A DNA stretch of 64,000 nucleotides, from positions 70,148 through 134,147 of the forward strand of contig CAJTMW010000002.1 of the NCBI GenBank assembly GCA_910577275.1, read 5' to 3'. Source of the DNA: an uncultured Lachnospiraceae bacterium. Lineage in GTDB: Bacteria > Bacillota > Clostridia > Lachnospirales > Lachnospiraceae. Positions within the stretch are counted from its first letter, which is position 1; each line of letters starts with the position of its first letter. This document shows positions 18,330-27,875 of this stretch, in pieces. Made by a program: the position numbers and the translations under genes. The notes under the pieces are model-generated. The model ran no database searches and was not told the origin of the DNA. It worked only from the letters and a program-made list of their open reading frames with translations.

Positions 18330-19526
18330 ATGTTAGAGGGAAAACATATCGTGTTGGGAGTGACAGGCAGTATTGCGGCGTATAAGATTGCCTCTCTTGC
18401 CAGCATGTTAAAAAAGAGAAAAGCGGACGTCACCGTGATTATGACGAAAAACGCCACGAATTTTATCAATCCCATCACCTTTGAGGAGCTGACGGGAAAT
18501 AAATGTCTGGTGGATACCTTTGACCGGAATTTTCAGCACAGCGTGGAGCATGTCTCGCTGGCAAGACAGACAGATGTGTTTCTGGTGGCGCCGGCCTCCG
18601 CAAATGTAATTGCCAAAGCCGCCCATGGAATTGCGGATGATATGCTGACTACCACGCTGCTTGCCTGCGAGTGCCCGAAAATTTTCGCGCCGGCTATGAA
18701 CACGAGAATGTACCGGAATCCGGTTACGCAGGATAATATGAAATTGCTTTCGCATTATCATATGGAAGTGATTCCGCCTGCCACGGGCTATCTGGCCTGC
18801 GGTGATACCGGGGAGGGGAAGATGCCGGAGCCGGAGCTTTTGCTGGAATACATCATAAAAGCGCTTACGCCGAAGGATATGCAGGGGCTTAAGGTGCTTG
18901 TGACGGCAGGGCCGACCATGGAGAAGATTGACCCGGTGCGCTTTATCAGCAATCATTCCACCGGGAAAATGGGCTATGCCATCGCGCGGGCGGCAATGCT
19001 GCGGGGAGCGGAGGTAACGCTGGTAACCGGAAAGACAGGGCTTACGCCTCCAATGGGCGTAAATACCGTGGATATTCTGTCGGCGGCGGATATGGCTGAG
19101 GCTGTCAAGTCACGGGCGGACGGGCAGGACATCATCATTAAAGCGGCGGCTGTGGCGGATTACCGGCCAAAGTATACCGCCGACGAAAAAATAAAGAAAA
19201 AAGACGACGATATGAGCATCGAGCTTGAGCGCACAGAGGATATTCTGGGCTTTCTGGGTGCCCATAAAAAAGAAGGGCAGTTTTTATGCGGATTTTCCAT
19301 GGAAACGGAGAACATGGAGGAGAACTCCCGACAGAAGCTTCAAAAAAAGAATCTGGATTTAATTGTTGCAAACAACCTGAAACAGGCCGGCGCCGGGTTC
19401 GGCACGGATACCAATGTGGTGACGCTGATTTCAAAGGAAGCTTCCATACAGCTTCCGATTATGAGCAAGGAGGAAGTGGCAGAGCGGCTTCTTGGTCATA
19501 TTCTGGACACCATGGATGTTTTATGA
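18330..19526 (+). CDS. coaBC: phosphopantothenoylcysteine decarboxylase/ligase
   Basis: GVTGSIAAYK, APASAN, PAMNTRM, LACGDTG.GK, TAGPT.E.IDPVRFISNHSTGKMG and AAAVADY motifs. Confidence 0.96.
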   Translation: MLEGKHIVLGVTGSIAAYKIASLASMLKKRKADVTVIMTKNATNFINPITFEELTGNKCLVDTFDRNFQHSVEHVSLARQTDVFLVAPASANVIAKAAHGIADDMLTTTLLACECPKIFAPAMNTRMYRNPVTQDNMKLLSHYHMEVIPPATGYLACGDTGEGKMPEPELLLEYIIKALTPKDMQGLKVLVTAGPTMEKIDPVRFISNHSTGKMGYAIARAAMLRGAEVTLVTGKTGLTPPMGVNTVDILSAADMAEAVKSRADGQDIIIKAAAVADYRPKYTADEKIKKKDDDMSIELERTEDILGFLGAHKKEGQFLCGFSMETENMEENSRQKLQKKNLDLIVANNLKQAGAGFGTDTNVVTLISKEASIQLPIMSKEEVAERLLGHILDTMDVL

Positions 19527-19578
19527 TAGAATGAAAGCAGTTTTATTACAATAAGCCGGCTTGCAGAGGGTGGCGGGT

Positions 19579-20163
19579 ATGAGCGAAAAGTCAGAACAAA
19601 AGAAAAAATTAATCCTGGAAACCGCAAGAAAAGTTTTTGTGGAAAAGGGATACAAACTGGTTACCATGAAGGATATTGTTGAGGCCTGCGAAATCAGCCG
19701 CGGAGGCCTCTATTTGTATTTTCAGAGTACCAGAGAGCTTTTCGAGGAGGTTTTGAGGTCCGAGCAGGAGGACGCGGACGATTTGTTTGCCGGGAATATC
19801 CCGAAGGAGGCTGCGCCTTCCGACATTCTGGCGCTTCTGCTTAAGGAGCAGAAAAAAGAAATCCTGAGCAGGAACGCTTCCTTAAACAAAGCGATTTATG
19901 AGTATTTTTTTGAAAATCAGGAGCCATATAAGGACAATATGCTGAAAAAGCAGTTTGACGCGGCGGTGTATGTAATCGAGAAGCTGATTTTGGCCGGTGT
20001 GGAAAACGGAGAGTTTTATTGCGAAGACCCGAGAGGCGCCGCAAGACATATCATGTATGTCCTGGAGGGCCTTAAAATCGCCTCGCAGACACGGGGTATT
20101 TCCGAGGCGGCGATAGACAGAGAAATCCTGTATGTGATGCAGGGGCTTATAGTGGATGAATAA
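19579..20163 (+). CDS. TetR/AcrR family transcriptional regulator
   Basis: ILETARKVFVEKGY..VTMKDIVEACEISRGGLYLYF HTH. Confidence 0.9.
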   Translation: MSEKSEQKKKLILETARKVFVEKGYKLVTMKDIVEACEISRGGLYLYFQSTRELFEEVLRSEQEDADDLFAGNIPKEAAPSDILALLLKEQKKEILSRNASLNKAIYEYFFENQEPYKDNMLKKQFDAAVYVIEKLILAGVENGEFYCEDPRGAARHIMYVLEGLKIASQTRGISEAAIDREILYVMQGLIVDE

Positions 20164-20168
20164 GGAGG

Positions 20169-23100
20169 ATGATTAAATTCACCATGGGAAACGTAAAACG
20201 CGTTTATGTAGAAAAGAAAGCTCCCTTTGCGGTAAAGGCCAGGGAGCTGAAAGAGGAAATCAGCAGTTATCTGGGAATTACAACGGTTAAGGATGTCCGG
20301 GTGTTTATCCGTTATGATGTGGAAAATCTGTCCGGGGAAATCTTTGAGCGGGCCTTAAACGGCGTGTTTTCAGAGCCGCCGGTGGATATACTTTACAGGG
20401 AGCAGATTCCCGTTCCCCCTGACGGAAAGGTTTTCGGGGTGGAATACCTTCCGGGCCAGTTCGACCAGCGGGCGGATTCCGCCGTTCAGTGTGTGAAGTT
20501 CTTAAAAGAGGACGAAGAGCCGGTGATAAAGACGGCCGTGGCCTATCTGATTACCGGTGATTTTTCCCAGGAAGAATTTGACAGAATCAAGGCTTACTGC
20601 ATCAATCCGGTGGATTCAAGGGAAACCGGTATGGACAAGCCGGACACCCTTATCACAAACTATGAGGAACCGGCGGACGTGGCGGTTTTTGACGGCTTTT
20701 GCGAGATGAAAGAGGAGGAGCTCCATAAATTGTATGAAAGCCTTGGACTGGCAATGACTTTCAGGGATTTTCTCCATATTCAAAACTATTATAAGGCGGA
20801 AGAACGCCGTGAGCCCACCATGACGGAAATCCGTGTGCTGGATACCTACTGGTCGGACCATTGCCGTCACACAACCTTTTCCACAGAGCTTAAAAATATT
20901 GAATTTAAGGACGGCTATTACAGAACGCCTTTAGAGACCACCTATCAGAGCTATTTAGATACCAGAAATGAGATTTTTGAAGGGCGGAGCGACAAATTCG
21001 TATGTCTGATGGATTTGGCGCTGATGGCCATGCGTAAACTGAAAAAAGACGGAAAGCTTAAGGACATGGAGGAGTCTGACGAAATCAACGCCTGTTCCGT
21101 GGTGGTTCCGGTTGAAATGGATTACGGCGACGGGCCGGTGAACGAGGAGTGGCTGGTATTTTTCAAAAATGAAACCCATAATCACCCTACGGAAATCGAG
21201 CCTTTCGGCGGCGCGGCCACCTGTCTTGGCGGCGCAATTAGAGACCCCCTATCAGGACGGGGCTATGTGTATCAGGCCATGCGCGTGACCGGCGCGGCTG
21301 ACCCCACGGTTCCCGTTGCAGAAACCTTAAAGGGAAAGCTGTCCCAGAAGAAGCTGGTGAGAGGCGCGGCCGGCGGTTATTCCTCCTACGGAAATCAGGT
21401 AGGGCTTGCAACCGGCTATGTAAAGGAAATTTATCATCCCGATTATGTTGCAAAGCGCATGGAGATTGGCGCGGTTATGGGCGCAGCTCCCAGAAGAAAC
21501 GTTATCAGGGAAAATTCCGACCCGGATGATGTGATTATCCTGCTTGGCGGAAGGACAGGGCGGGACGGCTGCGGAGGCGCAACCGGTTCCTCCAAGGTAC
21601 ATACGGAAAGTTCCATTGAAACCTGCGGGGCGGAGGTGCAGAAAGGGAATGCGCCCACGGAGCGTAAGATACAGAGACTTTTCCGCAGACGGGAAGTGTG
21701 CAGGCTGATTAAGAAGTGCAACGACTTCGGCGCAGGCGGCGTGTCCGTGGCAATCGGTGAGCTTGCCGACGGTCTGGTGGTGGACCTTGACAAGGTGCCG
21801 AAGAAATACGCGGGACTGGACGGCACGGAGCTTGCCATCTCGGAATCCCAGGAGAGAATGGCGGTAGTGGTGAGCCCCGAAAGCGTTGCGGCTTTTCTTG
21901 GTTATGCGGCGGAGGAAAACCTTGAGGCAATTCCTGTTGCCGTGGTTACGAAATCGCCCCGCCTGGTGCTGAAATGGAGAGGAAAGGAAATCGTCAATAT
22001 TGCCAGAAAATTTCTGGACACGAACGGCGCCCATCAGGAAACCAATGTGCTGGTTGACATTCCCGACAGGGACGATAATTACCTGAAAAAATTCTCCGTT
22101 CCCGAGGTTGCAAAAGCGCTGGAGGGCGATAATATAAAGGATGCCTGGCTTAAGAGCCTGAATGACTTGAATACCTGCTCCCAGAAGGGGCTGGTGGAAA
22201 TGTTTGACTCCACCATCGGCGCGGGGAGCGTCCTGATGCCTTACGGCGGCGTTTACCAGCTTACGGAGACGCAGACCATGGTTGCAAAGCTTCCCGCCCT
22301 TGAGGGGAAGACGGACACTGTTACCATGATGAGCTATGGTTTTGACCCTTATCTGTCCTCCTGGAGCCCTTATCACGGCGCGGTTTATGCCGTTACCGAG
22401 TCCATGGCGAAAATTGTGGCGTCCGGCGGGGAGTTTGGCAAAATCCGCTTTACCTTCCAGGAGTATTTCAGGCGCATGACCTCCGAGCCGGGAAGATGGA
22501 GCCAGCCCTTTGCGGCGCTACTTGGCGCTTACGACGCCCAGATAGGCTACGGACTTCCGTCCATCGGCGGTAAGGACAGCATGTCGGGAACATTTAACGA
22601 GATTGACGTTCCTCCCACACTGGTATCCTTTGCGGTGGACGTGGCAAAATTGCAGGATATTGTGACGCCGGAGCTCAAAGAGGCGGGCGATACGCTGCTC
22701 CAGTTCTGGTTCGATAAGGATGAATACGATATTCCGGTCTACGACCATGTAATGCAGACCTATGGTTTTATCACAAAGCTGATGCGGGACGGTAAGGTGA
22801 AAGCGGCTTATGCGCTAAACAGCGCGGGGCTTGTGCCGGGCGTGTCGAAGATGGCCTTTGGAAATAAGCTGGGGGTTGACTTTGCAAAGGAGCTGCGTCC
22901 TTCCGACCTGTTTGAAAACTGCCTGGGCGATATCGTTCTGGAAATGGACAGGAAAGATGCGGCGCTCTTACTGGAAAAGGAAGATAACGAAGCGGAGGAT
23001 TTGAATTTCAGGGTAATCGGGCAGGTGAAAGCAGAAGAATCCTTCACATGGCATGACGTCACTGTTTCCATGGAGGAGGCTCTGGACGCATGGAAGGCCA

Positions 23101-24002
23101 GACTGGAGAAGGTGTTCCCCACAAAGGCCCATAAGGGTGCGGAGCCGGTGGAATCTAAAGTGTACAGGACGGACAAGGTTTATGTCTGCAGGCATAAAGT
23201 GGCAAAGCCCACTGTTTTCATACCGGTATTTCCGGGAACAAACTGTGAATATGACAGCGAGCAGGCATTTAAGAGAGCCGGAGCCGATGTGATAACACGT
23301 GTATTTAAAAACCAGACTGCGGAGGATATCAGGGAATCCGTGGAGGTTTTCGAAAAAGAAATAGATAAGGCTCAAATTATTATGTTCCCCGGAGGATTTT
23401 CCGCCGGCGACGAGCCTGACGGAAGCGCCAAGTTCTTTGCAGCTGCTTTCCAGAATCAGCATATCAGGGAAGCGGTAATGCGGCTTTTAAATGAAAGAGA
23501 CGGACTGGCCCTTGGCATCTGCAACGGTTTCCAGGCGCTGCTTAAAATGGGACTGATTACCTGCGGAGATATTGCAGGACAGAAGGAGGATTCGCCGACC
23601 CTGACATTCAATACCATCAACCGTCATATTTCCAGAATGGTTTACACGAAGGTGGTTTCCGATAAGTCCCCGTGGCTGCAGGGCGCGGAAGCAGGAAAGA
23701 CCTACGTAACGCCGGTTTCCCATGGCGAGGGAAGGTTCGTGGCGCCGAAGGAATGGATTGACCGTCTCTTTGAGAACGGACAGGTTGCCACCCAGTATGC
23801 CGACAGGGAGGGAAATATTTCCATGGACGAGGAATGGAATGTGAACGGCTCCTATGCGGCGATTGAGGGAATTACGTCTCCCGACGGAAGGGTGTTTGGA
23901 AAGATGGCCCATGCGGAACGCCGCGGAAAGGGCGTTGCCGTCAATATCTACGGGGAGCAGGATTTGAAGATTTTTGAATCGGGTGTGGAATATTTCAGAT
24001 AA
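20169..24002 (+). CDS. purL: phosphoribosylformylglycinamidine synthase (large fused clostridial type)
   Basis: WSDHCRH, KNETHNHPTEIEPFGGAAT, DFGAGG and SESQERM motifs; GATase domain FPGTNCE, GICNGFQ, SHGEGR. The start may be 20184. Confidence 0.96.
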   Translation: MIKFTMGNVKRVYVEKKAPFAVKARELKEEISSYLGITTVKDVRVFIRYDVENLSGEIFERALNGVFSEPPVDILYREQIPVPPDGKVFGVEYLPGQFDQRADSAVQCVKFLKEDEEPVIKTAVAYLITGDFSQEEFDRIKAYCINPVDSRETGMDKPDTLITNYEEPADVAVFDGFCEMKEEELHKLYESLGLAMTFRDFLHIQNYYKAEERREPTMTEIRVLDTYWSDHCRHTTFSTELKNIEFKDGYYRTPLETTYQSYLDTRNEIFEGRSDKFVCLMDLALMAMRKLKKDGKLKDMEESDEINACSVVVPVEMDYGDGPVNEEWLVFFKNETHNHPTEIEPFGGAATCLGGAIRDPLSGRGYVYQAMRVTGAADPTVPVAETLKGKLSQKKLVRGAAGGYSSYGNQVGLATGYVKEIYHPDYVAKRMEIGAVMGAAPRRNVIRENSDPDDVIILLGGRTGRDGCGGATGSSKVHTESSIETCGAEVQKGNAPTERKIQRLFRRREVCRLIKKCNDFGAGGVSVAIGELADGLVVDLDKVPKKYAGLDGTELAISESQERMAVVVSPESVAAFLGYAAEENLEAIPVAVVTKSPRLVLKWRGKEIVNIARKFLDTNGAHQETNVLVDIPDRDDNYLKKFSVPEVAKALEGDNIKDAWLKSLNDLNTCSQKGLVEMFDSTIGAGSVLMPYGGVYQLTETQTMVAKLPALEGKTDTVTMMSYGFDPYLSSWSPYHGAVYAVTESMAKIVASGGEFGKIRFTFQEYFRRMTSEPGRWSQPFAALLGAYDAQIGYGLPSIGGKDSMSGTFNEIDVPPTLVSFAVDVAKLQDIVTPELKEAGDTLLQFWFDKDEYDIPVYDHVMQTYGFITKLMRDGKVKAAYALNSAGLVPGVSKMAFGNKLGVDFAKELRPSDLFENCLGDIVLEMDRKDAALLLEKEDNEAEDLNFRVIGQVKAEESFTWHDVTVSMEEALDAWKARLEKVFPTKAHKGAEPVESKVYRTDKVYVCRHKVAKPTVFIPVFPGTNCEYDSEQAFKRAGADVITRVFKNQTAEDIRESVEVFEKEIDKAQIIMFPGGFSAGDEPDGSAKFFAAAFQNQHIREAVMRLLNERDGLALGICNGFQALLKMGLITCGDIAGQKEDSPTLTFNTINRHISRMVYTKVVSDKSPWLQGAEAGKTYVTPVSHGEGRFVAPKEWIDRLFENGQVATQYADREGNISMDEEWNVNGSYAAIEGITSPDGRVFGKMAHAERRGKGVAVNIYGEQDLKIFESGVEYFR

Positions 24003-24020
24003 GGCTTTTTTATATCCAGA

Positions 24021-24126
24021 GTCAACCCCAAATATCCTGTAAGGGCAATTTGGGGTTGACAAAAAGAGAATAAGCTATTTTACAATGACCTTGTAGAAAG
24101 GAAATAATTCTTTCTACAAGGTCATT
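24021..24126. repeat. two perfect inverted repeats between convergent purL and ECF gene
   Basis: GTCAACCCCAAAT (24021-33) / ATTTGGGGTTGAC (24048-60) and AATGACCTTGTAGAAAG (24084-100) / CTTTCTACAAGGTCATT (24110-26). Confidence 0.75.
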
Positions 24127-24170
24127 TTGGCTCATGATAATAGCGTTCGTACGGCAGCTTTTTCGGTAAA

Positions 24171-24758
24171 TCATTTTTCCCCGAAAGTAAAGAACAATCC
24201 CGCCTTTTTCAACGACGGACGAAGCGCAAGGTAGACCGCCACGGACACAATTGTTGAAGTCACAGCGTTGATGGAAGTGGAAGCCACATTCCAGGCAAGA
24301 GTCAGCTCTGCCGCAGGCTTGCCCAGAATCACCAGTTTGTATAAGTATCCCACAAGAGGGTCGAAGATGACATTGAATAAAAGACCGCCGACGGCAGCGG
24401 CGCACGTCCAGAATACCACCTTTTTATGCTCGGTCTCAAGAGTGATTTTGCCGATTTTATGGGCGATGAGACCGGTAATGAGTCCGATGCAGAGCTTCAA
24501 TATAAAGGTTTTGGGGGCATATACCACATAAACAGGGTCGAGCAAATCCCCAATCGTCATGCCAATCGCACCGCCGATTCCGCCATAAAAGCCTCCAAGC
24601 AAAAGAGCGCCAAGCACGCATACCGCGTTCCCTAAGTGAATGGAGGTAGCGTCTCCGCCGGGAAGCGGTATTTTAATTTGAAGAAAAGTAAACACTACAT
24701 AGGATAAAGCGGCCATAAGGCCGGTCATTGCAATTTTCTGCGCTGTCTGATTTTTCAT
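24171..24758 (-). CDS. ECF transporter S component (vitamin B6/HMP type, PdxU2/HmpT-like)
   Basis: IHLGNA..LGALLLG..GGIGGAIGMTIGDL..YAPKTFILK motif; about 6 TM segments. Confidence 0.8.
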   Translation of the reverse strand: MKNQTAQKIAMTGLMAALSYVVFTFLQIKIPLPGGDATSIHLGNAVCVLGALLLGGFYGGIGGAIGMTIGDLLDPVYVVYAPKTFILKLCIGLITGLIAHKIGKITLETEHKKVVFWTCAAAVGGLLFNVIFDPLVGYLYKLVILGKPAAELTLAWNVASTSINAVTSTIVSVAVYLALRPSLKKAGLFFTFGEK

Positions 24759-24811
24759 TTGAATCTCCTCCTGTTGCCAGTTCCGCGGATGGCTGTGTTA
24801 TATTTGTTTTT

Positions 24812-24874
24812 ATTATATGCAGAAGTGGCATATGAAAAAGTGCCAAATTAAAACTTTTTAACCAGACCAGTTTT
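24812..24874 (-). promoter_or_regulatory. promoter with a probable MocR/PdxR-type operator upstream of the ECF S gene
   Basis: Minus strand AACTGGTCTGGTT...AATTTGGCACTTT..TGCCACTT (direct plus inverted TGG(C/T)-cored repeats), then TATAAT. This layout is typical of PdxR sites. Confidence 0.45.
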
Positions 24875-24974
24875 GGGGCGCGGTTGAATTGAGGAAACTT
24901 CCATGACATTATTTTTGCAAATTTCTGAAATTTTATATTGATTTTCCAGCCATTTGTGATATATTTATTGACAT

Positions 24975-25047
24975 GGGGTATTAGCGCAGCTGGGAGCGCG
25001 CAACATTCGCATTGTTGAGGCCACGGGTTCGAATCCCGTATACTCCA
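24975..25047 (+). tRNA. tRNA-Ala (anticodon CGC)
   Basis: Cloverleaf: acceptor GGGGTAT/ATACTCC with the G3:U70 Ala determinant; anticodon arm CAACA-TTCGCAT-TGTTG; T-arm GGGTTCGAATCCC; CCA not encoded. Confidence 0.96.
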
Positions 25048-25239
25048 GTACTTGTGGTAAGGAGGGACCCGCAAAGCGGGAGGATGCCTTATCACCCGGC
25101 AGACGCCCGCGAACGGAGTTCGTACAGAAATGCGTCTGCTCCATTATTTGTGGTAAGGAGGGACCCACGAAGTGGGAGGATGCCTTATCACCCGGCAGAC
25201 GCCCGCGAACGCAGTTCGCTTTCAATTGCGTCTGCTCTA
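25048..25239 (+). repeat. two 96-bp structured tandem repeats directly 3' of tRNA-Ala
   Basis: Units 25048-25143 and 25144-25239 share TTGTGGTAAGGAGGGACCC...GGATGCCTTATCACCCGGCAGACGCCCGCGAACG...TGCGTCTGCTC. Confidence 0.9.
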
Positions 25240-25241
25240 TC

Positions 25242-25299
25242 AAACAGCCGTAAATCTAAGATTTTTATGTTAAAAATCAAAGGTTTACGGCTATTTTTA
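25242..25299 (+). terminator. intrinsic terminator of the tRNA/repeat transcript
   Basis: AGCCGTAAATCT...AGGTTTACGGCT stem followed by ATTTTT. Confidence 0.7.
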
Positions 25300-25331
25300 T
25301 TCAATGCAATCAAAAACATTTCTACCCCCTC

Positions 25332-25387
25332 TTGCAAAATCCCCTCATTATGATAAAATAGTTATTGACTTAGAGTCAATAACTATT
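25332..25387 (+). promoter_or_regulatory. promoter and TetR operator
   Basis: TTGCAA and TGnTAAAAT boxes; perfect palindrome AATAGTTATTGACT-TAG-AGTCAATAACTATT (25357-25387) upstream of tetR-MFS. Confidence 0.8.
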
Positions 25388-25430
25388 CAACAATTATTAA
25401 TACCTGTATTTTCAAGGGAGGTAAAAGAAA

Positions 25431-26090
25431 ATGGCCCGTCCGGTTAAAAAATCACCAGAACAATGGAAAAAAGAAATTTTAGACGCCGCGCAGAAGCTGT
25501 TTATGTCGAAGGGGTACGAGGAAACTGCCGTCTCGGATATTATGGAAGCGGCGGGCGGGGCAAAGGGGATGTTCTATCGCTTTTTTCAGAGTAAAGAGGA
25601 AGTCATGCACGCATTGGGGAACCGGATGTTTTTTGAGAATAATCCCTTTGAACTCATCAGAGAGCGTGACGACTTAAACGGTTTGCAGAAAATTCGACTA
25701 TTGCTGACACTTAACCGGTCGGATGAAGAACGGAACCGTTTGAACATGGAGGCGGTCGGTATTTTGAAGGACCCACGCATTCTGGCGGCGGCGGTGGAAG
25801 AAAACAGGCGGGTGCTGACGCCTCTGTGGCGGGCGCTTTTGGAGGAGGGGAAGAAGGACGGCTCCGTGGAGAGCGAATATACAAGGGAACTGGCCGAGCT
25901 TTTGCCCCTTGTCAACTTCTGGCTTCTGCCGTCGGTATTTCCGGCAACAGAGGAGGAGCTGCGTCACAAGTACCGGTTTGTGGCGGAAGTATTTGCCCGC
26001 ATGGGGCTGCCTTTATTCGACGATGAGGCGGTCTCTTTCACGGAAAAATTCATTGAAGATATTTCAGAAAAAGGAGGAGGTAAGCCATGA
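25431..26090 (+). CDS. TetR/AcrR family transcriptional regulator
   Basis: ILDAAQKLFMSKGYEETAVSDIMEAAGGAKGMFYRFFQSKEE HTH. Confidence 0.92.
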   Translation: MARPVKKSPEQWKKEILDAAQKLFMSKGYEETAVSDIMEAAGGAKGMFYRFFQSKEEVMHALGNRMFFENNPFELIRERDDLNGLQKIRLLLTLNRSDEERNRLNMEAVGILKDPRILAAAVEENRRVLTPLWRALLEEGKKDGSVESEYTRELAELLPLVNFWLLPSVFPATEEELRHKYRFVAEVFARMGLPLFDDEAVSFTEKFIEDISEKGGGKP

Positions 26091-27337
26091 CGCAGAAGCT
26101 GTTTACAAGAAATTTTACCCTTTTGATTCTGGGACAGGTAACGTCTTTGTTTGGAAACTTTATATTGAAGCTTGCGCTGTCCATGCATGTATTGGAGGAG
26201 ACCGGCTCGGCGGCCGTATTTGCCGGTATCTTATCGGCGGCGACAATCCCCACAATTATCCTTTCGCCTCTCGGCGGTATTCTTGCGGACAGGGCGGACA
26301 GGCGGAATATTATGGTGGCGCTGGACGGATTGACGGGCCTTTCGGTTTTGTGCGCAGCCCTTTTCCTGACAGGGAAAAACGACCTTGCGGTAATCGGGAT
26401 ACTGCTTGTAATTCTTTCTGTCCTGGGGGCTTTTGAGACGCCTACGGTGCAGGCATGTATACCGACCATGCTGGAGGGCGACCAGATTATGAAAGGTAAT
26501 GCGGTGGTGAATCAGGCGGCTTCCCTGTCGTATCTGACAGCGCCCATGCTTGGCGGCGTTTTTTATGCGGCGTTCGGGTTAAAGCCGGTCATGTATGCAA
26601 GCGTCGGGTGCTTTTTTATCACCGCCTTGTTTGAGTGCTTTATCCGGTTAAGCTATGAGCGTTCCCCGCGGCGGGGAGGCGTGCTCTCCACAGTCAGAGA
26701 GGATTTCCGGGAAAGTATGCGTTATCTTTCAGAGGAGGAGAGCGGGGTTGCAAAGATGCTGTTTCTGACTGCATTTTCAAGATTTTTTGTGATGGGAATT
26801 GTCGTAATCGGACTGCCATTTCTGGTACGCGCCGTTCTGGGGCTGAATGCAGGGTATTACGGCGTAGCGGAAAGCGCGCTGGCAGTTGCCACGATTCTGG
26901 GAAGCATTGCTGCCGGAATACTTTCAGAGAAATTGAAAATACATAAACTCTCCGCCGTGCTTGCCAGCCTTGGCGTCTTTATTCTTCCGGCCGGAATTGT
27001 CTATATTCTGCCGGTCAGCCTTATGATAAAGTATGCTGTTACCGTTGCGTCCCTGTGCGGAATGCAGGCTGTCATCAGCATTTTTTCTGTTTTTGCCGTC
27101 TCCCTGATACAGCAAAGAACGCCGAATCATCTGATAGGCAAGATAATGGCTTATACATCCGCCATAACCTTATGTGTCCAGCCCGTCGGGCAGATTGTGT
27201 ATGGATTTTTGTTTGACAGATTTTCCGGCGCCGTTTCTGTTATTCTGGTTCCCACCGGACTGATTGTGTGCGCGGTCGGGGCGTCGTCGGCGGGATTTTT
27301 CAGAAGGATGGAGAAAAGTGCGGCTGAAAAATGTTAA
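26087..27337 (+). CDS. MFS transporter (DHA3/macrolide efflux-like)
   Basis: GQVTSLFGN and GGILADRADRRNIMV (motif A); about 12 TM segments; ATGA overlap with tetR. Confidence 0.88.
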   Translation: MTQKLFTRNFTLLILGQVTSLFGNFILKLALSMHVLEETGSAAVFAGILSAATIPTIILSPLGGILADRADRRNIMVALDGLTGLSVLCAALFLTGKNDLAVIGILLVILSVLGAFETPTVQACIPTMLEGDQIMKGNAVVNQAASLSYLTAPMLGGVFYAAFGLKPVMYASVGCFFITALFECFIRLSYERSPRRGGVLSTVREDFRESMRYLSEEESGVAKMLFLTAFSRFFVMGIVVIGLPFLVRAVLGLNAGYYGVAESALAVATILGSIAAGILSEKLKIHKLSAVLASLGVFILPAGIVYILPVSLMIKYAVTVASLCGMQAVISIFSVFAVSLIQQRTPNHLIGKIMAYTSAITLCVQPVGQIVYGFLFDRFSGAVSVILVPTGLIVCAVGASSAGFFRRMEKSAAEKC

Positions 27338-27384
27338 TTTGTCAGAAAAGTGCGACTGAAAAGTGTGTTTCTGATTAAAAAATA

Positions 27385-27413
27385 TTGACAATCCGTCTAA
27401 ATAGCAGTACAAT
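27385..27413 (+). promoter_or_regulatory. sigmaA promoter of the metG leader
   Basis: TTGACA-N17-TACAAT. Confidence 0.8.
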
Positions 27414-27426
27414 TCAAAAATATATC

Positions 27427-27787
27427 AAAGGCTGTGAAGAGAAGAGTAGTCAGTGGGATATGTTACAGAGAGCCTGATTAGGTGAGAGCAGGCACAGAAG
27501 GAACTGTCGAAAATGGTCTCGGAGCCGCGTACCGAAGCTGTTATGCCAAGGCTACGACGGGAGCGCCCGTTACAGCGACAGGCTGTCGATGAGTTACAAT
27601 AAACCGGCCCGTGAAGCGCGGCGGCGTTTTGTTACAATAAGCTGGCTCGCAGAGCGTGACAGCGTTTGTTTCTTGTCCGCAGTTGCTAAGGCTTATATCG
27701 TGAGGTATGGGTGAATTTAGGGTGGTAACACGAAGCTTCGGCTCTCGTCCCTGAAAAAGAAATTTTTCAGAGAGGAGGGCTTTTTTA
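27427..27787 (+). ncRNA. Met-specific T-box riboswitch
   Basis: Stem I with AGTA, AGAGA and GGTGAGA motifs; specifier GAAA-ATG (27513-15); T-box AATTTAGGGTGGTAACACG (27714-32); terminator ending in a T run; precedes metG. Confidence 0.92.
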
Positions 27788-27875
27788 ATGGAAAAAAATA
27801 AGTTGTCACTGTAAATTGCCGTGCGCCGGACTGCGGCGCGCATCGCGAATAATAGTCGAAAACGAGGTGGAAAGA

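Noticed and set aside
21327..22376. Long antisense ORFs (e.g. 349 aa opposite purL, 356 aa at 43282, 311 aa at 11565)
   Set aside because: They fully overlap well-supported genes on the other strand and lack motifs or an RBS; shadow ORFs from codon bias.
25048..25239. CRISPR array interpretation of the post-tRNA repeats
   Set aside because: Only two 96-bp units, near-identical along their whole length, with no unique spacers and no cas genes.
24965..25353. ORFs with internal peptide repeats over the tRNA region
   Set aside because: They overlap the tRNA and simply translate the 96-bp repeats (a multiple of 3); no RBS.
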